Source: Eledone cirrhosa
Taxonomy: Eukaryota
Assembly: GCA_964016885.1 (NCBI GenBank)
Contig: OZ024754.1
Coordinates: 46,066,001 to 46,130,000, forward strand
DNA: 64,000 nucleotides
Direction of reading: 5' to 3'
Position numbers and translations under genes: made by a program
In this document: positions 14,006 to 30,480 of the stretch, one piece after another
Layout of the letters: each line of letters starts with the position of its first letter
Position numbering within the stretch: the stretch's first letter is position 1
Notes under the pieces: generated by a model
The model's input: the letters and a program-made list of their open reading frames with translations, nothing else
The model's database searches: none
What the model was told of the DNA's origin: nothing

Positions 14006-16242
14006 TACTTTTAGTCATATATCCCCTGATCCTGGGGATAACGAAGATAATACATCCATGGTGTCCTACCTGAAATCAACATCGAAAGATAAAGACTTTG
14101 TTTTCCACGATTCTTATAAAATTATTTAATCATATGACTTTTGAATTATTTTTACAATTTTTCGCGCGAAATAAACCAAGATGGCTTCTCATTTTCATAT
14201 TATTTTATTATTCCTGTAGATTTTTGTTGTTGTTGTTGCTGTTATCGCTGCATCTTCCATTGTTTTAATGTTCGATTTATTTATTAACTAATTTACTACA
14301 CATTTTCTCGACATTATATTTCACATCAATATAATTTTTCTCACTCGAAGGGCAAAAATAAAATACAATTAAAACAGAGAGAAATAATACATTAGAACAG
14401 AAATTTATAAAAGAGTGGCAAAAAAAAATACGTTAAATATAAAATAAAAAAAATCTCTTCCGTTTTCATCTTTTTTATTTTGATAATGTTTTTCGTTTCA
14501 TTTACATCTTTGTTGCCTCTAATTATACTAATGGACAATTAACAGTGTTTGATTGTGAAAGAGACCTTAAATAAATGTGGGCAATTCTTTTGTGCCTGAA
14601 AATAAAATATGTGACTGAAACAATCACTTTCTCAATTAACTGTGACGTTATTTAATGTTTTTTGATTGATCATTATCATTATTATTATCATTATTATTAT
14701 TATTATTATTGTATAAATTTCTCGTCATAATCATCATTATCATCAATATTATTGCTGTTGTGATAGTGAATGCTCGGTTTTTGTTTCTATTTATCATCAT
14801 CATCATCATCATCATCGTCATCGTCATCATCGTCATCATCGTCATCATCATCATCATCATCGTCATCATCATCATCATCATCACCATCGTCGTTGTCGTC
14901 GTTGTCGACGTCGTCGTCGTCAACTTTATTTTCTTTATCTTTATTATTAACATTTATAATTAGTATCATTGTTATTATGTTTGTTGTTGTTGTTATTGTT
15001 GTTATTCTTACGTGCTATTATCAACATCATCACCATCAATATTAGTATTATTATCAATCTTATCATCATCATCATCATCAATATTAATATTATTATCAAT
15101 ATTATCACCATCATCATCATCATTATTATACGTTAAGTTTTTCTAGTTCTGATATTTTTATGACAGGCTCCGAAATATTTAATACGATAAAGAGCGTTTT
15201 CTGCTTAGAGGCAGAGTTAAGGAGATGAATAGACAAGTAGATAGATAGATGGATAGATAGATAGATAGATAGATAGATAGAGACAGAGATGGTGAAAGAA
15301 AAAGAAGGAAAAGGCTTGAGGTAAATTAAAAAGTGAAAATAATTTATATTAGTATAGTTATCAAATGTCTGTCTTTTCTGAGAGAAAAAAAAATGAAATG
15401 AATAAATGATCAAAGTATAACATAAAAGAACAAAAGAAAGCCTACACCCTTGGGGGGAAAGGAAAGGAAACAAAAATATTTTGTGATTTCACAATGTTTG
15501 TAAGTGTAGGGGGGGGGGGGCTAACTGTGAAGTAGTTTATGATTTCATGATATTTGTAAGTGTAGGTAGGGAGGTAACAGTGAAGTATTTTGTGATTTCA
15601 TGGTATTTGTAAGTGTAGGGAGGCAGTGGTTGTATTGGTGAACATGGTGGTGGTGATGGCAGTGGTGGTTTGGTGGTGCTGGTGGTGGCGGTGGTGGTGA
15701 TGGTGGTGTTGGTGTTAGCGGTAGCGGTGGTGATGGCAGTAGTGGGGATTGTGGTGGTGGTGGTGGTGGTATTGGCAGTGTTATTATTGTAATAACAGCC
15801 ACTACAAAGATAAATTACAATGACAACTGAATTAGAGAGAGAAGTGTATTAAATCGCAATAAAAGATGATCCGGCATTGAGTGAGAATAAAGTTGTCACG
15901 TGATATAGGGAAGCGGGAAAAACTATTAAAGTGATTGAGAGAAAATTAAAAGCACATTTGTTTAACTGGATGTGATTGACGTGTTTGTGTGTGCGTTTAT
16001 GTGAATGATTGTGTGTGTTTATGTGTGAGTGTACATGTGTGTGTTTGCGTGTTTGTGTGTGTGTTTCTGTGTATTTATGTGCGTGTGTGTACGTGTGTTT
16101 ACCAGTGTCTTTGTGTATGAATAAGTGCGTGTGTGTGTGTGTGTGTGAATGAGCGTATGTGTAAGTGTATGTGTGTGTATATGTGTAACATCGACCTCAG
16201 TACTTAACTGGTATGACGGGCCTACACGATATATCAACATTT

Positions 16243-16445
16243 GGATCGGCAGAATCGGTAGAGTCTCGGACAAAATGCTTTGCTGCATATAGTTATGGCA
16301 TTTTACTTTCTGAGTTCAAATCTTGCCGAGGTTAGCTTTGCCTTTCATCCTTTCGGGGTCGATAAAATGAAGTACTAGTAACGCACTGGAGTCGATTTAA
16401 TCGACTTTCTCCCTTCCCTTCAAATTTCTGGCCTTGTGCCTAAAT
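16243..16445 (+). mobile_element. SINE family A
   Basis: ggcagaatcggtaga..gagttcaaat..gccgagg..tttgcctttcatcctttcggggtcgataaaat. Confidence 0.85.
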
Positions 16446-17342
16446 GTAGCAACTATTATACTATCGCTTTGTCGGGGTCACGTGGCTTTCGTATTAATAT
16501 CTAAATATCAATATTTAATAGTATACACAAGAAACTGATTTAGTTTCTGTTTATGTGGTGTAGACAAATTAAATATCAATATGACCTGTGAACTAACTTA
16601 TAAATATAAACTACAGACAACCGACTAACCTCAATATTATTTCCACTATAACTAATGTTATGGCTATTCTCATCTATCTAAATGTAGTTAGTCCTTAAAT
16701 TTACCAATTATTTCTTTCAATGTAGTGTGATTAGCTCATCTAAGTGATCTAATTACAATTATAAATTTACTAACAATGAAACATTGCTATAAGAAGCTGC
16801 AGCAATTTTTTTTTTTTTTATTTATCAAAATGTATAGTTATCTGCAAAATGAATAATGTCATTAATGATGTTGCATTAAAATATATTGGAAGGATGATTT
16901 AATTCAAACATTTTAAGACGAAATGGTGGCCACCCAGCAGAAACATACCAACTAACTAAATAAGTGAACCAACCAACACTCACGCATACGTATCAAGACG
17001 TATTGTGTTAAATCAATTTTCAAAGCAGCCATTTTGAATGTGAAACATTTATTTTGCACAACCAAGCACTAAGTTATTTTTTGTATAAAAAAAAGTGTGT
17101 GTGTATATATATATGTGTGTGGGGGGGTGCGCGCGCGCTCGTGTGTGTGTGTGTGTGTGAGTGTGTGTGGGTGTGTGCGTATGGGTGTGGGTGGGTGTGA
17201 GTAGGTATGTGTGGTGTGTGTGTGGGGGTGTGTGGGTGTGGGGGCGGGGTGGGGTGGGCTGGGGGGGGGTGCGCGCGTGGGTGTGGGTGTGGGTGTGGGT
17301 GTGTGTGGGTGGGGGTGTGTGTGAGTGGGTGTGGCTGTGTGC

Positions 17343-17391
<49 letters not shown>

Positions 17392-17639
17392 CTCGTGTGT
17401 GGGTGTGTGTGTAAAAAGTAAACAGAAATAACAACATAACCGGTAGAGTATATGGAAGGAATATATTAGGTTAACCATTTGAAATATATATATCAACTGC
17501 TGTTGATTCTGCCGGGTGGATGTAACTTCAGCCTCGCAGACGACTGCTGGTGAAGGAGCAGTCTTTGGGTTGGTGGTATTGTGGACTTTCATATTCACAG
17601 GAATATCCAAGTTTCACCCTCTGCCTATTAAAGATAGAT

Positions 17640-17770
17640 CTGTATTTCTCTAATACACCCGCAGTCGTCTACGATATTGACTCGACAGAAGTCAAGTCAT
17701 GTGTAGGTATGTCGAAGGGCCGGTTTAAAGAATATATCTCCTAGTGTTGTTTATCTTTCAGGCATTAGCA
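17640..17770 (+). pseudogene. Penelope-like GIY-YIG endonuclease relic
   Basis: AVVY...KSCVGMSKGRFKEYIS*CCLSFRH; compare VIY...KxYIGxTExxFKxRYxNHxxSFRH. Confidence 0.55.
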
Positions 17771-17922
17771 TGATGGCCTCTTAACTAGGTATTGCCTCAA
17801 AGACAAGAAACACAAGCAGAGATAGAGTCTCTATGACCTATAATAGCAACCAACTGTGTTGAGAAATTATTTTTAATATACTTTAACTCTGTGTTTATCT
17901 ATTCTAGGGAAACTCTTGACGT

Positions 17923-18043
<121 letters not shown>

Positions 18044-18122
18044 GTGTGTGTGTATAATTGCATACATATACATGTGCATATATATATACATATATATATA
18101 CACATATATATATACATACATA

Positions 18123-18259
<137 letters not shown>

Positions 18260-18648
18260 CGCGCACAAACAAAAGAGCAATAACAATGGGAACGATTACA
18301 ACGCCCTCTGTCAGGCACATCTGATAACACTTGAGCTTTGCAAAGGTCTTATTGCAGAATCTTTTTTTATGAATCAGAAAGAATTTTCTAGAAACTAATT
18401 AGTTTTTATGTCTCTAAACAAGGATGCACTTCTTTTGGAAGTTTTGTTGTCTTCTTTTTTATTCTTGTTTCTTTGTTTCTTTGTTTGTTATTTTTATTGG
18501 TTTGTTCTTATGTTTGTGTTTATTTTATTTTTTAACGAAACTAAAGAGCATTAGTTATTTCCGAACATATACACACGTAGAGCACATGATTAACACTAAC
18601 ACCACCACCGTCAGCACCATCATCACTATCACATACATAGGCATATAA

Positions 18649-18731
<83 letters not shown>

Positions 18732-19859
18732 TAGCTTGAGGTAGACGATATCCAGAAAAAAAATTGATTTTAAAAAATGGCATGGGCACAACTGGAATGT
18801 CTTTGTTCACACGTCAGGAACGATTCCGTAAAGTCTCCCTGAATCAGTTAAGTATTGAGAAAGGGAAGTTTGTTCTACTGGTACTGATACATGGAACGAT
18901 GTAACTACGCAGGTTTACGTACGACTGACTTTTTGTATAATTGTTTCTACTATTTCACAAGGTCAGAAATTACCCAGTACATTACTGAGTATTATTTTCT
19001 TAATTATGTCATTGCTTTTGTACAAATTTCAATGGTATCAATTATGTAATAGACACGATCTCATCAGACAGCTATAATGTAATTTTAACTAAGATATGCC
19101 CCGGGCGAGTATTTTGTTGTTGCTATGTTGTTGTATGTGTGTATGTATGTGTGTGTGTGTGTGTGTGTGTGTATAGGTACACACACGAGTTTATTTTATT
19201 GTTTACCGGTATAAAAGGGTGAATTTGGGTGTGCTACTTTACCTAAAATTGACAATCGATGAATAAAGATCGATACATTATGCCCCCGACCAAAATCAAC
19301 AGGGGGGGGGGGGGCACAATACATTTCGATCTTGTGGAGGAGGTTCTTATGAATTGTGAGGGGGACGGCGGATATTTCTTTTTCTGTACAACCTTGTCAC
19401 CAATGGTGTGGGTACATTAGTGTGGGTACGTTTCTGTGTGTGTCTTAGTGTGGGTACGTTTCTGTGTGTTTTAGTGTGTGTACGTTCGTGTGTGTGTTAG
19501 TGTGTGTACGTTTGTGTGTGTGATAGTGTGGGTACGTTTGTGTGTGTGTGTTAATATGTGTGCGCATGTGTATTTGCGTGTGGAATTGTGTGTGTGCATT
19601 TGGGTGTGTATCTATGTGTGTGTGTATGTGTATTTGTGTGTGTGTGTAATTGTGTGCGTGTTTGTTTATTGTGTTTGTGTGTGTTTTTGTGAGTACTTCT
19701 GTATTTGTTTGTGCATGTATTTGTGTGTGTGCGTATATTTGTCTGTGTGTGTGTTTGTGAATATTTGTATATATGTGTGTGTGGTGAAGTAACTGGAAAG
19801 GACGATAACACATTCATATAAAGTATGGCGGCAATGTAAACGGTGATGTTTATGTGCGT

Positions 19860-19966
19860 GTGTGTGTATGTATGTGTGTATGTATGTATACATATATATA
19901 TATATATACATATATAGATCTATATATGTGTATATATATCAATTTGTATTTATATAGAGAGAGAGA

Positions 19967-20016
<50 letters not shown>

Positions 20017-20115
20017 TCTCTCTCTATATATAAATACAAATTTATATATATACACATATATAGATCTATATATGTATATATATATATATGTATACATACA
20101 CACACACATACACAC
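19860..20115. repeat. Inverted repeat centred on a (TA)n tract
   Basis: agatctatatatgtg..aatttgtattta..gagagagacc (TA)n ggtctctctc..taaatacaaatt..cacatatatagatct. Confidence 0.85.
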
Positions 20116-20159
20116 ATATATATATATACATATATATACATATATATACATATATATAC

Positions 20160-20190
<31 letters not shown>

Positions 20191-20286
20191 CATATATATA
20201 TACATATATATATATACATATATATACATATATATATATATAGACACATATATATACATATATATGTGTGTATATATATATGTATA

Positions 20287-20386
<100 letters not shown>

Positions 20387-20583
20387 AGTACACAGAGGAA
20401 TACAATTTGATATTTGATTAGGTTTGAGGGTATGTAGCGATGATAACTTCCATAATCAGAAACTGTTCAAGAAATACTTTTTTCCTGGCATGGAACCATC
20501 TTCATATGAGGCAGGATGCCATGTGTGTGTCTGTGAATGTGGTTGTAGTTTATATTTATAAACTCACTATATACGTATATATA

Positions 20584-20617
<34 letters not shown>

Positions 20618-20620
20618 CGT

Positions 20621-20678
<58 letters not shown>

Positions 20679-20728
20679 TATTACTTATATATATATAAAT
20701 ATATATATATTTATATAAACATAAATAC

Positions 20729-20759
<31 letters not shown>

Positions 20760-20761
20760 GG

Positions 20762-20803
<42 letters not shown>

Positions 20804-22057
20804 CTTACATGTATATATGTATATACATATATATATTTACATATATATATATATATATATATATACATTTAAATATATATATATGCACTAATGCACATAT
20901 TCCTATGCATATAAGTATATATATATAAAGTGTGTGGGGGGGGGTATTGAACCCAGGATGCACACACTTATATATAGTGAGTGAGATTGAGAAATTACAA
21001 TGATGAAAGTAAATCTTTTTCTTTATAAATATATGTGTGTATCTATGTGTTTGTGTTTGTTTGTCTTTGTTTGTGTATATGTATATGTATGTGTGTGTGT
21101 GTGTCTGTGTGAATCTACATATGTAAATTTTGGCGGTGTGTATGCGTATGTGTGTACATGTGTACGTGTGTGTATGAGAGAGAGAAGATAACACTTTAAT
21201 ATGAGGCATGGTGCCACGACGGAAATACAATTCAACTTCTTTGGAATAGTTGTAATATTTGAAAAGGAAACTAACAGACACAAAAGAAGGAAAATACAAA
21301 ACAATCCAGGCAACTGTTTCGTTTCTGTAAACAGTGAGATGATAAAAATAAGAACGGAATTTGCCGCCATTTTATTTTTTGTATTTTATTTGTTGTTTTT
21401 TGTTTTGCTGTGATTGTCTGCCATTTTCTTTTTTTAGCTTCCATTCATATTTTTGGCTGGTCTCTCTTGTATGTATCATGAGGGGGTGGGGGTAAGGTTT
21501 TGTAGGCGCTGAAGGGGAAAGGGTGGGATTAGGGAAGACCTGGAATAAAGACACGAGAGGATCTGTTCTCGGTTGAAATCGTCATTCATTTTGATAATGT
21601 AGTTATATGTGTTGTAGTAGTTGTTATTGTAGTTTCTATTGTTGTTGCTGTTGCCTCTGTTGGTGTTATTGCTGTTACTACTGCTACTATAGTTGTTATT
21701 GTTGCTTATAGTTGTTACTACTGTTGTTGTTGTTACTGTTGCTGTTGTTAGCCTCTGGCCAGTCGCGTTGGAGTAAACCCACGATCAAAGGTGTTTTCGT
21801 CGTGAACATCATCACATTTTAAGGTAATGTTGGTCATTATAATGATGATGACGGTGGTGATGATGATGATGATGATGATGGTGATGATGATGGTGATGAT
21901 GATAGTGATGATGATGATGATGGTGATGGTGATGATGATAGTGACTAAGATAATAGATGATGATTCTCATGGTTATGATGACGATGCTGATGAAGATGAG
22001 GATGGCGACGACGACGGCGGCCGCAATGATGATAAGGAAGACAGGGGGAGGAGGAGG

Positions 22058-22204
22058 GGAAGAAGAAGAAGAAGAAGAAGAAGAAGAAGAAGAAGAAGAA
22101 GAAGAAGAAGAAGAAGAAGAAGAAGAAGAAGAAGAAGAAGAAGAAGAAGAAGAAGAAGAAGGAGGAGGAGGAGGAGGAGGAGGAGGAGGAGGAGGAGGAG
22201 GAGG
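22058..22204. repeat. Compound (GAA)n(GGA)n microsatellite
   Basis: Read directly from the sequence. Confidence 0.95.
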
Positions 22205-22845
22205 GGTGTATAGTTTATATATTTGCTTCCAGAAATTCCTGGACATTCCTGGAAATTCCTGGACATCAAAGAACGTTTGTGAAAGTTTAAAGTCTGACAT
22301 AATGGACGCCACACTCCAAATTAATGTCTATTCTTAGTTTTATTTTCTTATTGTCTCACATACATCCCAGCAACAGATCAATCATTCGATCTGATGTGTA
22401 AACTGGCATCATAATTGCAGTACGACCTCAATACCCGAAATTGCACTGCCAGCAAGGTGGCTGACGAGGTAAGGATGCATCTATTGTTTGTCCTGTGTAA
22501 CTGGATACGTCAACATTCATCTACTTTAATAAACCTAATATTATGTGTGTACGTGTATGTGTATTTGTGTGCGTCCGTGTATGAGTGTGTGTATTAAGAA
22601 AGAGAGAGCTTTAATTGGTTACAATCAGCTCAATTCTAACATCGATTTGCCCATCCTAGCTGGTTATATTCGAAACTTTTGCTATACGTAATTACAAATA
22701 AAATATGTTGAACTGAAACTCTCATTCTTAATATAAACAACATATTGCACCAATAACAAACATATGTCAGTATTATTCCACACATTTTGACAATGATTAT
22801 CCAGTTCACGCAAAAGCCTGAAACAGGTAACACCTGTAGTAATTA

Positions 22846-22960
<115 letters not shown>

Positions 22961-22972
22961 AAGAGAGAGAGA

Positions 22973-23022
<50 letters not shown>

Positions 23023-23704
23023 CAAGGGGAAACGGCCGTTAAAACGACAATGATGATGATAAGTCTATATAAATATGTGTGTATGTATATTCGTAAGTAC
23101 GTATATATATGTGCGTGCACGTATATATGTGTATATATGTATGTATGTATACATGTATATGTAAGTATGTGTATGTATGTGCATGTGTGTATATATGCAT
23201 GTATGTATATGTGTGTGTACGTTTGTATATGTATATGTAGGCGTATGTGTGTATAAAACCCATCGTAGACGGCGCAGGTATCCAAGAATTTTGCAGTTGA
23301 CCTTTTCGATTTAAATCGATATTTATTCCTTCGATGCTCCAAAAAAGGCCAAGTCTGTGACAATTGTATGTAGTGTGTTTATGAAGTTGATGATCAAATA
23401 AGATATTGGAGCTAGTCAGGTATATTTTGAATGTCATTTTATAAAATATATGTCAATATTTGATAACAGTTACCAAGGCCAGGAAACAATAGAAATATTT
23501 CGAATGTATAAAAACGCCATTGATGTGCATTAGCAGCGTTCGTATGCTATATATATATATAAGTATATATATATGTATGTATGTAGATAGGTATGTATGT
23601 GTGTGTATGTGTGTATGTATGTTTGTATGCGTGATGTATGTGTATGTATATATGTTTGTGTGTGTGTATGTGTATATATGTATGCATCTATCTATATCTC
23701 TCTA

Positions 23705-23817
<113 letters not shown>

Positions 23818-24262
23818 GCATATGTCTGTGCGTGTCTATCCATGTAAATAGATAGACATGCAGACAAATAGGCGTATAGATAGGTAGAGAGAGAGACAGA
23901 CAGACAAATAGGCGTATAGATAGATAGAGAGAGAGACAGACATATAAACAAACAGACAGACCTAGACAGATTAGTGTGATCGTGTGTATCTATATGTACG
24001 TGAAAGTGTAAGTGGGCATGTGTGCATGTGCATGGTTGTGTGTAATGTATGTGTGTATGTGTTAGTGTGTATGTGTGTTAGTGTGTATGTGTGTTTGTGT
24101 GTATTCCTGTGGATGTGGCTGTGAGTAATATTTGTAATAGTTTGAAGAACATAGAATAATATTGCAGAGTTCAAAAGATGTCTTTTCTAGTGCAACAGAA
24201 AAATAAAAACGTTTTCTGATAGAAACAGTAGTTTTCTAACGACCACAGTATATGGTACGTGT

Positions 24263-24548
<286 letters not shown>

Positions 24549-24595
24549 CGTGTGTGTATGTGTGTGCATTTATTCTTATGTCTCTAGATGCATAT

Positions 24596-24702
<107 letters not shown>

Positions 24703-24935
24703 CATGTGCATGTGTATGTGTGTGTGTAAATATATACATACATTAGTAAAAGTAGATATACACAAACATATGTATATATATATATATGTGTGCGTGTGGG
24801 GGTGAGGGGTCGTACCGACTCTCTATCTACCTATCTATCTATTTCCATCACATTGACTCTCATCTGTGTCCCAAGCACTATAACTCTCGCTGCCTGACTT
24901 CCCCATTCTCTCTTTCTTTCTCCCTCTCTCTTCCA

Positions 24936-25049
<114 letters not shown>

Positions 25050-25138
25050 CTGATTATCTCATGAAATACAATACAAAACTTACTTTCTGTTGGCCGGTAG
25101 CAATAGGTTATTGAAGATTGTTCAAATGTTCTTTGGTT

Positions 25139-25179
<41 letters not shown>

Positions 25180-25866
25180 TGGTTGTGGTGGTGGTGGTGG
25201 AGTTATTCGTATATGTGTGTTTAGTTGTGTTGTTATTGTTCAATCTTTCGTTTTTGTACGTCTCTATATGTTTGTTTGTTTATTTCGTTGTTGTTTTCTT
25301 GTTATTATTTCTTCTTACACAATGTTAAAATCATGATTCTTTGCGGTTGTATCATTATTTTGGAGATAGTAATAACAATTACTTTATTAGTCACAAAGGA
25401 CTGACATGAAGTAAACATTAAAGACAGCACAAGACGATACAGTACAACATAGGGTGACACTGGACAGCACAGGATGACACTGGACAGCACAGGAAAACAT
25501 ATATATATATATATATATTTCCTACACAGGTATATGTATGTCCGTGCGTACACAGCTTCAGCCTTACGTCGACGCAAAAACAGACATCACGTGAACAGGC
25601 TCACATACATACGAACACATACGAACACATACATGCATACATACATATTTACATACATGCATACATACATGCGCATGCTCATATACGTACACGGGCATAA
25701 GTACTTATAAAACAGGCTTGCACGTAGTTATTTCATTGCACATGCATACATAACTACACTTACACATACAAAGGTACATATACATATCTAATACATGAAT
25801 GCAAGCACATACGTTACGCTGATACACACATACATAAACATATATACACATGCACACACATACATG

Positions 25867-26331
<465 letters not shown>

Positions 26332-26642
26332 GCTCGCATGCACTATATATACGCATATTTATACATGCACACATGTGCACCTACAGATACAGATACATAC
26401 ACACATACATCTACATACAAGGTACATATACACATGCAATAGATGAATGCAGGTACATCTAACACTGTTATCCTATTGAATAGGCGGTCATTGAGTTTGG
26501 AGTTCCAGCAAATTTAATTTCCGGCTTCGTCCACCACAGGGTCCAAACGAAAACCTAACTCGCTATACACCCATCAGACACTTCTCATCTATCATGTGTC
26601 TATATGTGTGTATGGACGTATGCATCTATCAATGTGTATAGG

Positions 26643-26742
<100 letters not shown>

Positions 26743-27003
26743 CATATACATATATATATATGTGTGTGTGTGTGTGTGTATATATGTATATATATATATA
26801 TATGTATGTATATGTATATATATGTGTGTGTGTTTATGTGTGTGTTTGTTTATGTGTGTATGTATATACCTGTGTATGTACTCCAGACAAGAAAGTTATG
26901 AATAAAAACGAATACTAAATCAATATTATTAATATTGCTGTTGTTGATACCAATACCAACAACAACAACAACAGCAACAACAACAACAACAACAGCAGCA
27001 GCA

Positions 27004-27064
<61 letters not shown>

Positions 27065-27176
27065 TAATAATAATAAACTTGGCCACAAGGCTCCATACAT
27101 ATAATTGTAAAGGTGTCATAGGAAAGCTGACGAAACATGTTTGAACCTGCATACACGTATACACACATGATTATAC

Positions 27177-27304
<128 letters not shown>

Positions 27305-27403
27305 CAGGGTGTCCCAAAAATGTTTACACACTTTAATTACCTGTACAGGCAATATTTATTAGAATTGAGTTTAAGTGTGTATACATTTTGGGGGGACACT
27401 CTG
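27305..27403. mobile_element. Related ~99-bp mini-MITE
   Basis: cagggtgtcccaaaaatgt...tatacattttgggggacactctg. Confidence 0.75.
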
Positions 27404-28369
27404 TATATATATATATATATATACATATATATATAAATATAGATGTGCAGACTATATATATTTGTGTGTGTGTGTGTGTGTGTGCAGACATTATATACAT
27501 AGTATCAAATTGCTATACACTATACTAAAACACCTCCAAAATTGTATAGCTGAAAACAAATAAAGGCAATTATCGTTCACTTTAATGAGAATCTGCAGCC
27601 TGTGTATACATAAGTGTGTGTGTGTGTGTGTGTACGTATGTGTGTATATATGTATTTGTGTGTGTATGTGTATGTATGAATGCATGTGTATGTATGTATG
27701 TGTGTGTGTATTTATGTATATATGTACGTATGTATGTGTGTGTGTGTGTATATATATATGTATATATGTATGAATGTATGTATGAATGTATATATGTATG
27801 TATGTATGTATGAATGTATATAGATGTATGAGTGTATATGTATGTATGTATATATTTATGTATGCCAAGTAACGCTTCAAAACAATGCTCCACATAACGC
27901 TAAACTCTCGTATGTACACTTATATACAATTGTAGAATTAAAAACAATTTGAAAGGAAAGATAACTCAAGCTGTGAACAACTTTAAATTTGATTCTGTCA
28001 GAACTTTGTCGAAACTTTTATCGAGCTACGTCTATTTCTAAAATTAAGTACGACAATAACAACAACAACAACCCACGAGTGAGTCTGCGATGAAGAGCTC
28101 TCATGAACAAAGTACCATGTGCACAAGTATAGACTCGCAAGAACCAGCCCAACTATATATGGGCAGTGCCTTGACATCTTTCGATCCCTCAACTGAACAA
28201 AATGGCGGATGTAAGAAGATAAAGTCAGAGAAATGGCAGAAGATGAAGAGGTCGACAAATTTTAAGAGGAATGGGTAATGGGAAAATATCAACATACCTC
28301 CAAGGTAAAAATGGTTTGGCATTGGAAGTCTTACAAAGAAGCGTGGCCAAACAAACGAATCGGTTAACT

Positions 28370-28687
28370 CAGAGGTTCTCAAACTTTTGGGGTCACCGCC
28401 GCTCCATCATGGCCACGTAAAACCTTCAGCGCCCCCACCCCTATTTCCAGAGATACCTGATAATATATAATAAAATAAAATCCTTAACTTATATATAATA
28501 AATAATATAATATATATATAGTATGTATAAATAAATATATATTTTTTGATTTAACTATATATAATATGTATCATTTGATATTTAATATACTATCATATCA
28601 AGTCTACCGCCGCCTCTTTAGGCCTCAGAGCTCCTGGACCTTCTCAATACCCCCGGTAGGCGGTAGCGCCTACTTTGAGAACTTCTG
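28370..28687. mobile_element. hAT (Charlie-like) MITE
   Basis: TIRs cagaggttctcaaa / tttgagaacttctg; perfect 8-bp TSD ggttaact at 28362-28369 and 28688-28695. Confidence 0.92.
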
Positions 28688-29486
28688 GGTTAACTAGTCA
28701 ATATCAACAATATTAAAATCTATATTGGTCAGGGCGCCATCGAAACCACATCTTGTATTGACATGCTCTGTTGTAGATGGAAGTCATCGTGGCTAGATCT
28801 GCTGCTGTTTTCTGTGTTACCGACTAAACGACCAACTTTGACAAAATCTTTAACTTTGTTTTAAGCAAAATTGTTCATTATGTAGTCCATGGTCCGGCCC
28901 GTCTGCGCTAGTGTCACTACTACTCGATTCAAATGCCTTGAAATGTTTCGACCTGTTTCCAGTTGTATTGGACAGCTGCGAAACCAATTGCAAATATATC
29001 TGTTATGATACAGTAACTATCTAGATTTACATTAAGTTACAGTAAAGTTTATTTAGATTTACATTGTCCAAAGTAACAATAAGTCCTCTCTTTTTCAAGA
29101 CGAGAGGATGTGATTTGATGAAGAATTGCTGCTATTTCGAGAAGTCTGAGTGACCACATAGAAGTTCACACTTTAGCTTGGTTTACATCCTTACTAAAAC
29201 GTGTTGGATGTAGAGATCAGTTGCTTTGTGAGAAGTGGTGCACGTCAAAAGTAAACAGAAATACTGGGAGCCATTGTAAATATAAATGATATTAATTTAT
29301 ATTTACAATGACAACCGGAAGCCCAGGAAAAAATATTTTTACAAATTAATATACATAATAACTCTATGTAAAGCGTGATTGGATGTGGACTAATATACTG
29401 TTGGCGATTTCCTTTCGATGATTGGAAACAAGTATTTGGTCAATGGGAGACATATTGGATATTATTGAAATAAAATATACTGCTAC

Positions 29487-29571
<85 letters not shown>

Positions 29572-29590
29572 CATACATATATATGTTTGT

Positions 29591-29622
<32 letters not shown>

Positions 29623-30351
29623 TCACACACACACATATATATACATACATAAAATATGCATATGTATATATATATAAACACAAATACACTTATACATATA
29701 TGTTTATATATGTGTGGCATATGTGTGCGTGTATGTGTGTACACATGTGTGTCTCTATGTGTATGTGTGTGTGTGGGTATCTATCTATATCTTATACATA
29801 CATTAATTGCCCGTGTTGGGGTGAGAGATAGAGGGGATCCGTTCTCTACATTCATAGAAACATATTTCTAAATATAATATTTAATATGATACATTGCGAT
29901 ATACGATCCTCTACGCACAAACACACATAGTCAATACATTTTTCTACATATATATATACACATAATCATACATACACACCTTCACACACGCACACTTAAT
30001 CAGACACAACGGTGTATATACTCGAAATACATACACACCTTTTACTGCCTCAAACACCCCCACTACCTCCCAGTCCTACCACTACTACTACTACCACCAC
30101 TATCACTACTACCACCATTATCACCACTACCGCCACAAACCTCTGCTACCACCACTACCACCACTACCACCACTACCATCACTATCACCACCACCATCAC
30201 TACCACCACTATCACAACTACCACCACCACCACTACCACCACTACCACCATTACCATCGTGGCATCTAACAACACCACCCCAATCATATTTATCAACCCA
30301 CTACAACCACTTAAAGTGATTATATTTCAACTATCCTCTATATGTGTCCAA

Positions 30352-30480
30352 CTGGCAGGGTCGTTAGAACAGAGGATAAGACACATTGCGGTATTTGTTC
30401 CGTTTCTCTGTGCTCTGTATTCAAATCCCGCCGAGGTCAAACTTTGTCCTTCATACATTCAAGATCAATAAAATATTATA
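30352..30480 (+). mobile_element. SINE family A (degenerate)
   Basis: ttcaaatcccgccgaggtcaaactttg. Confidence 0.65.
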
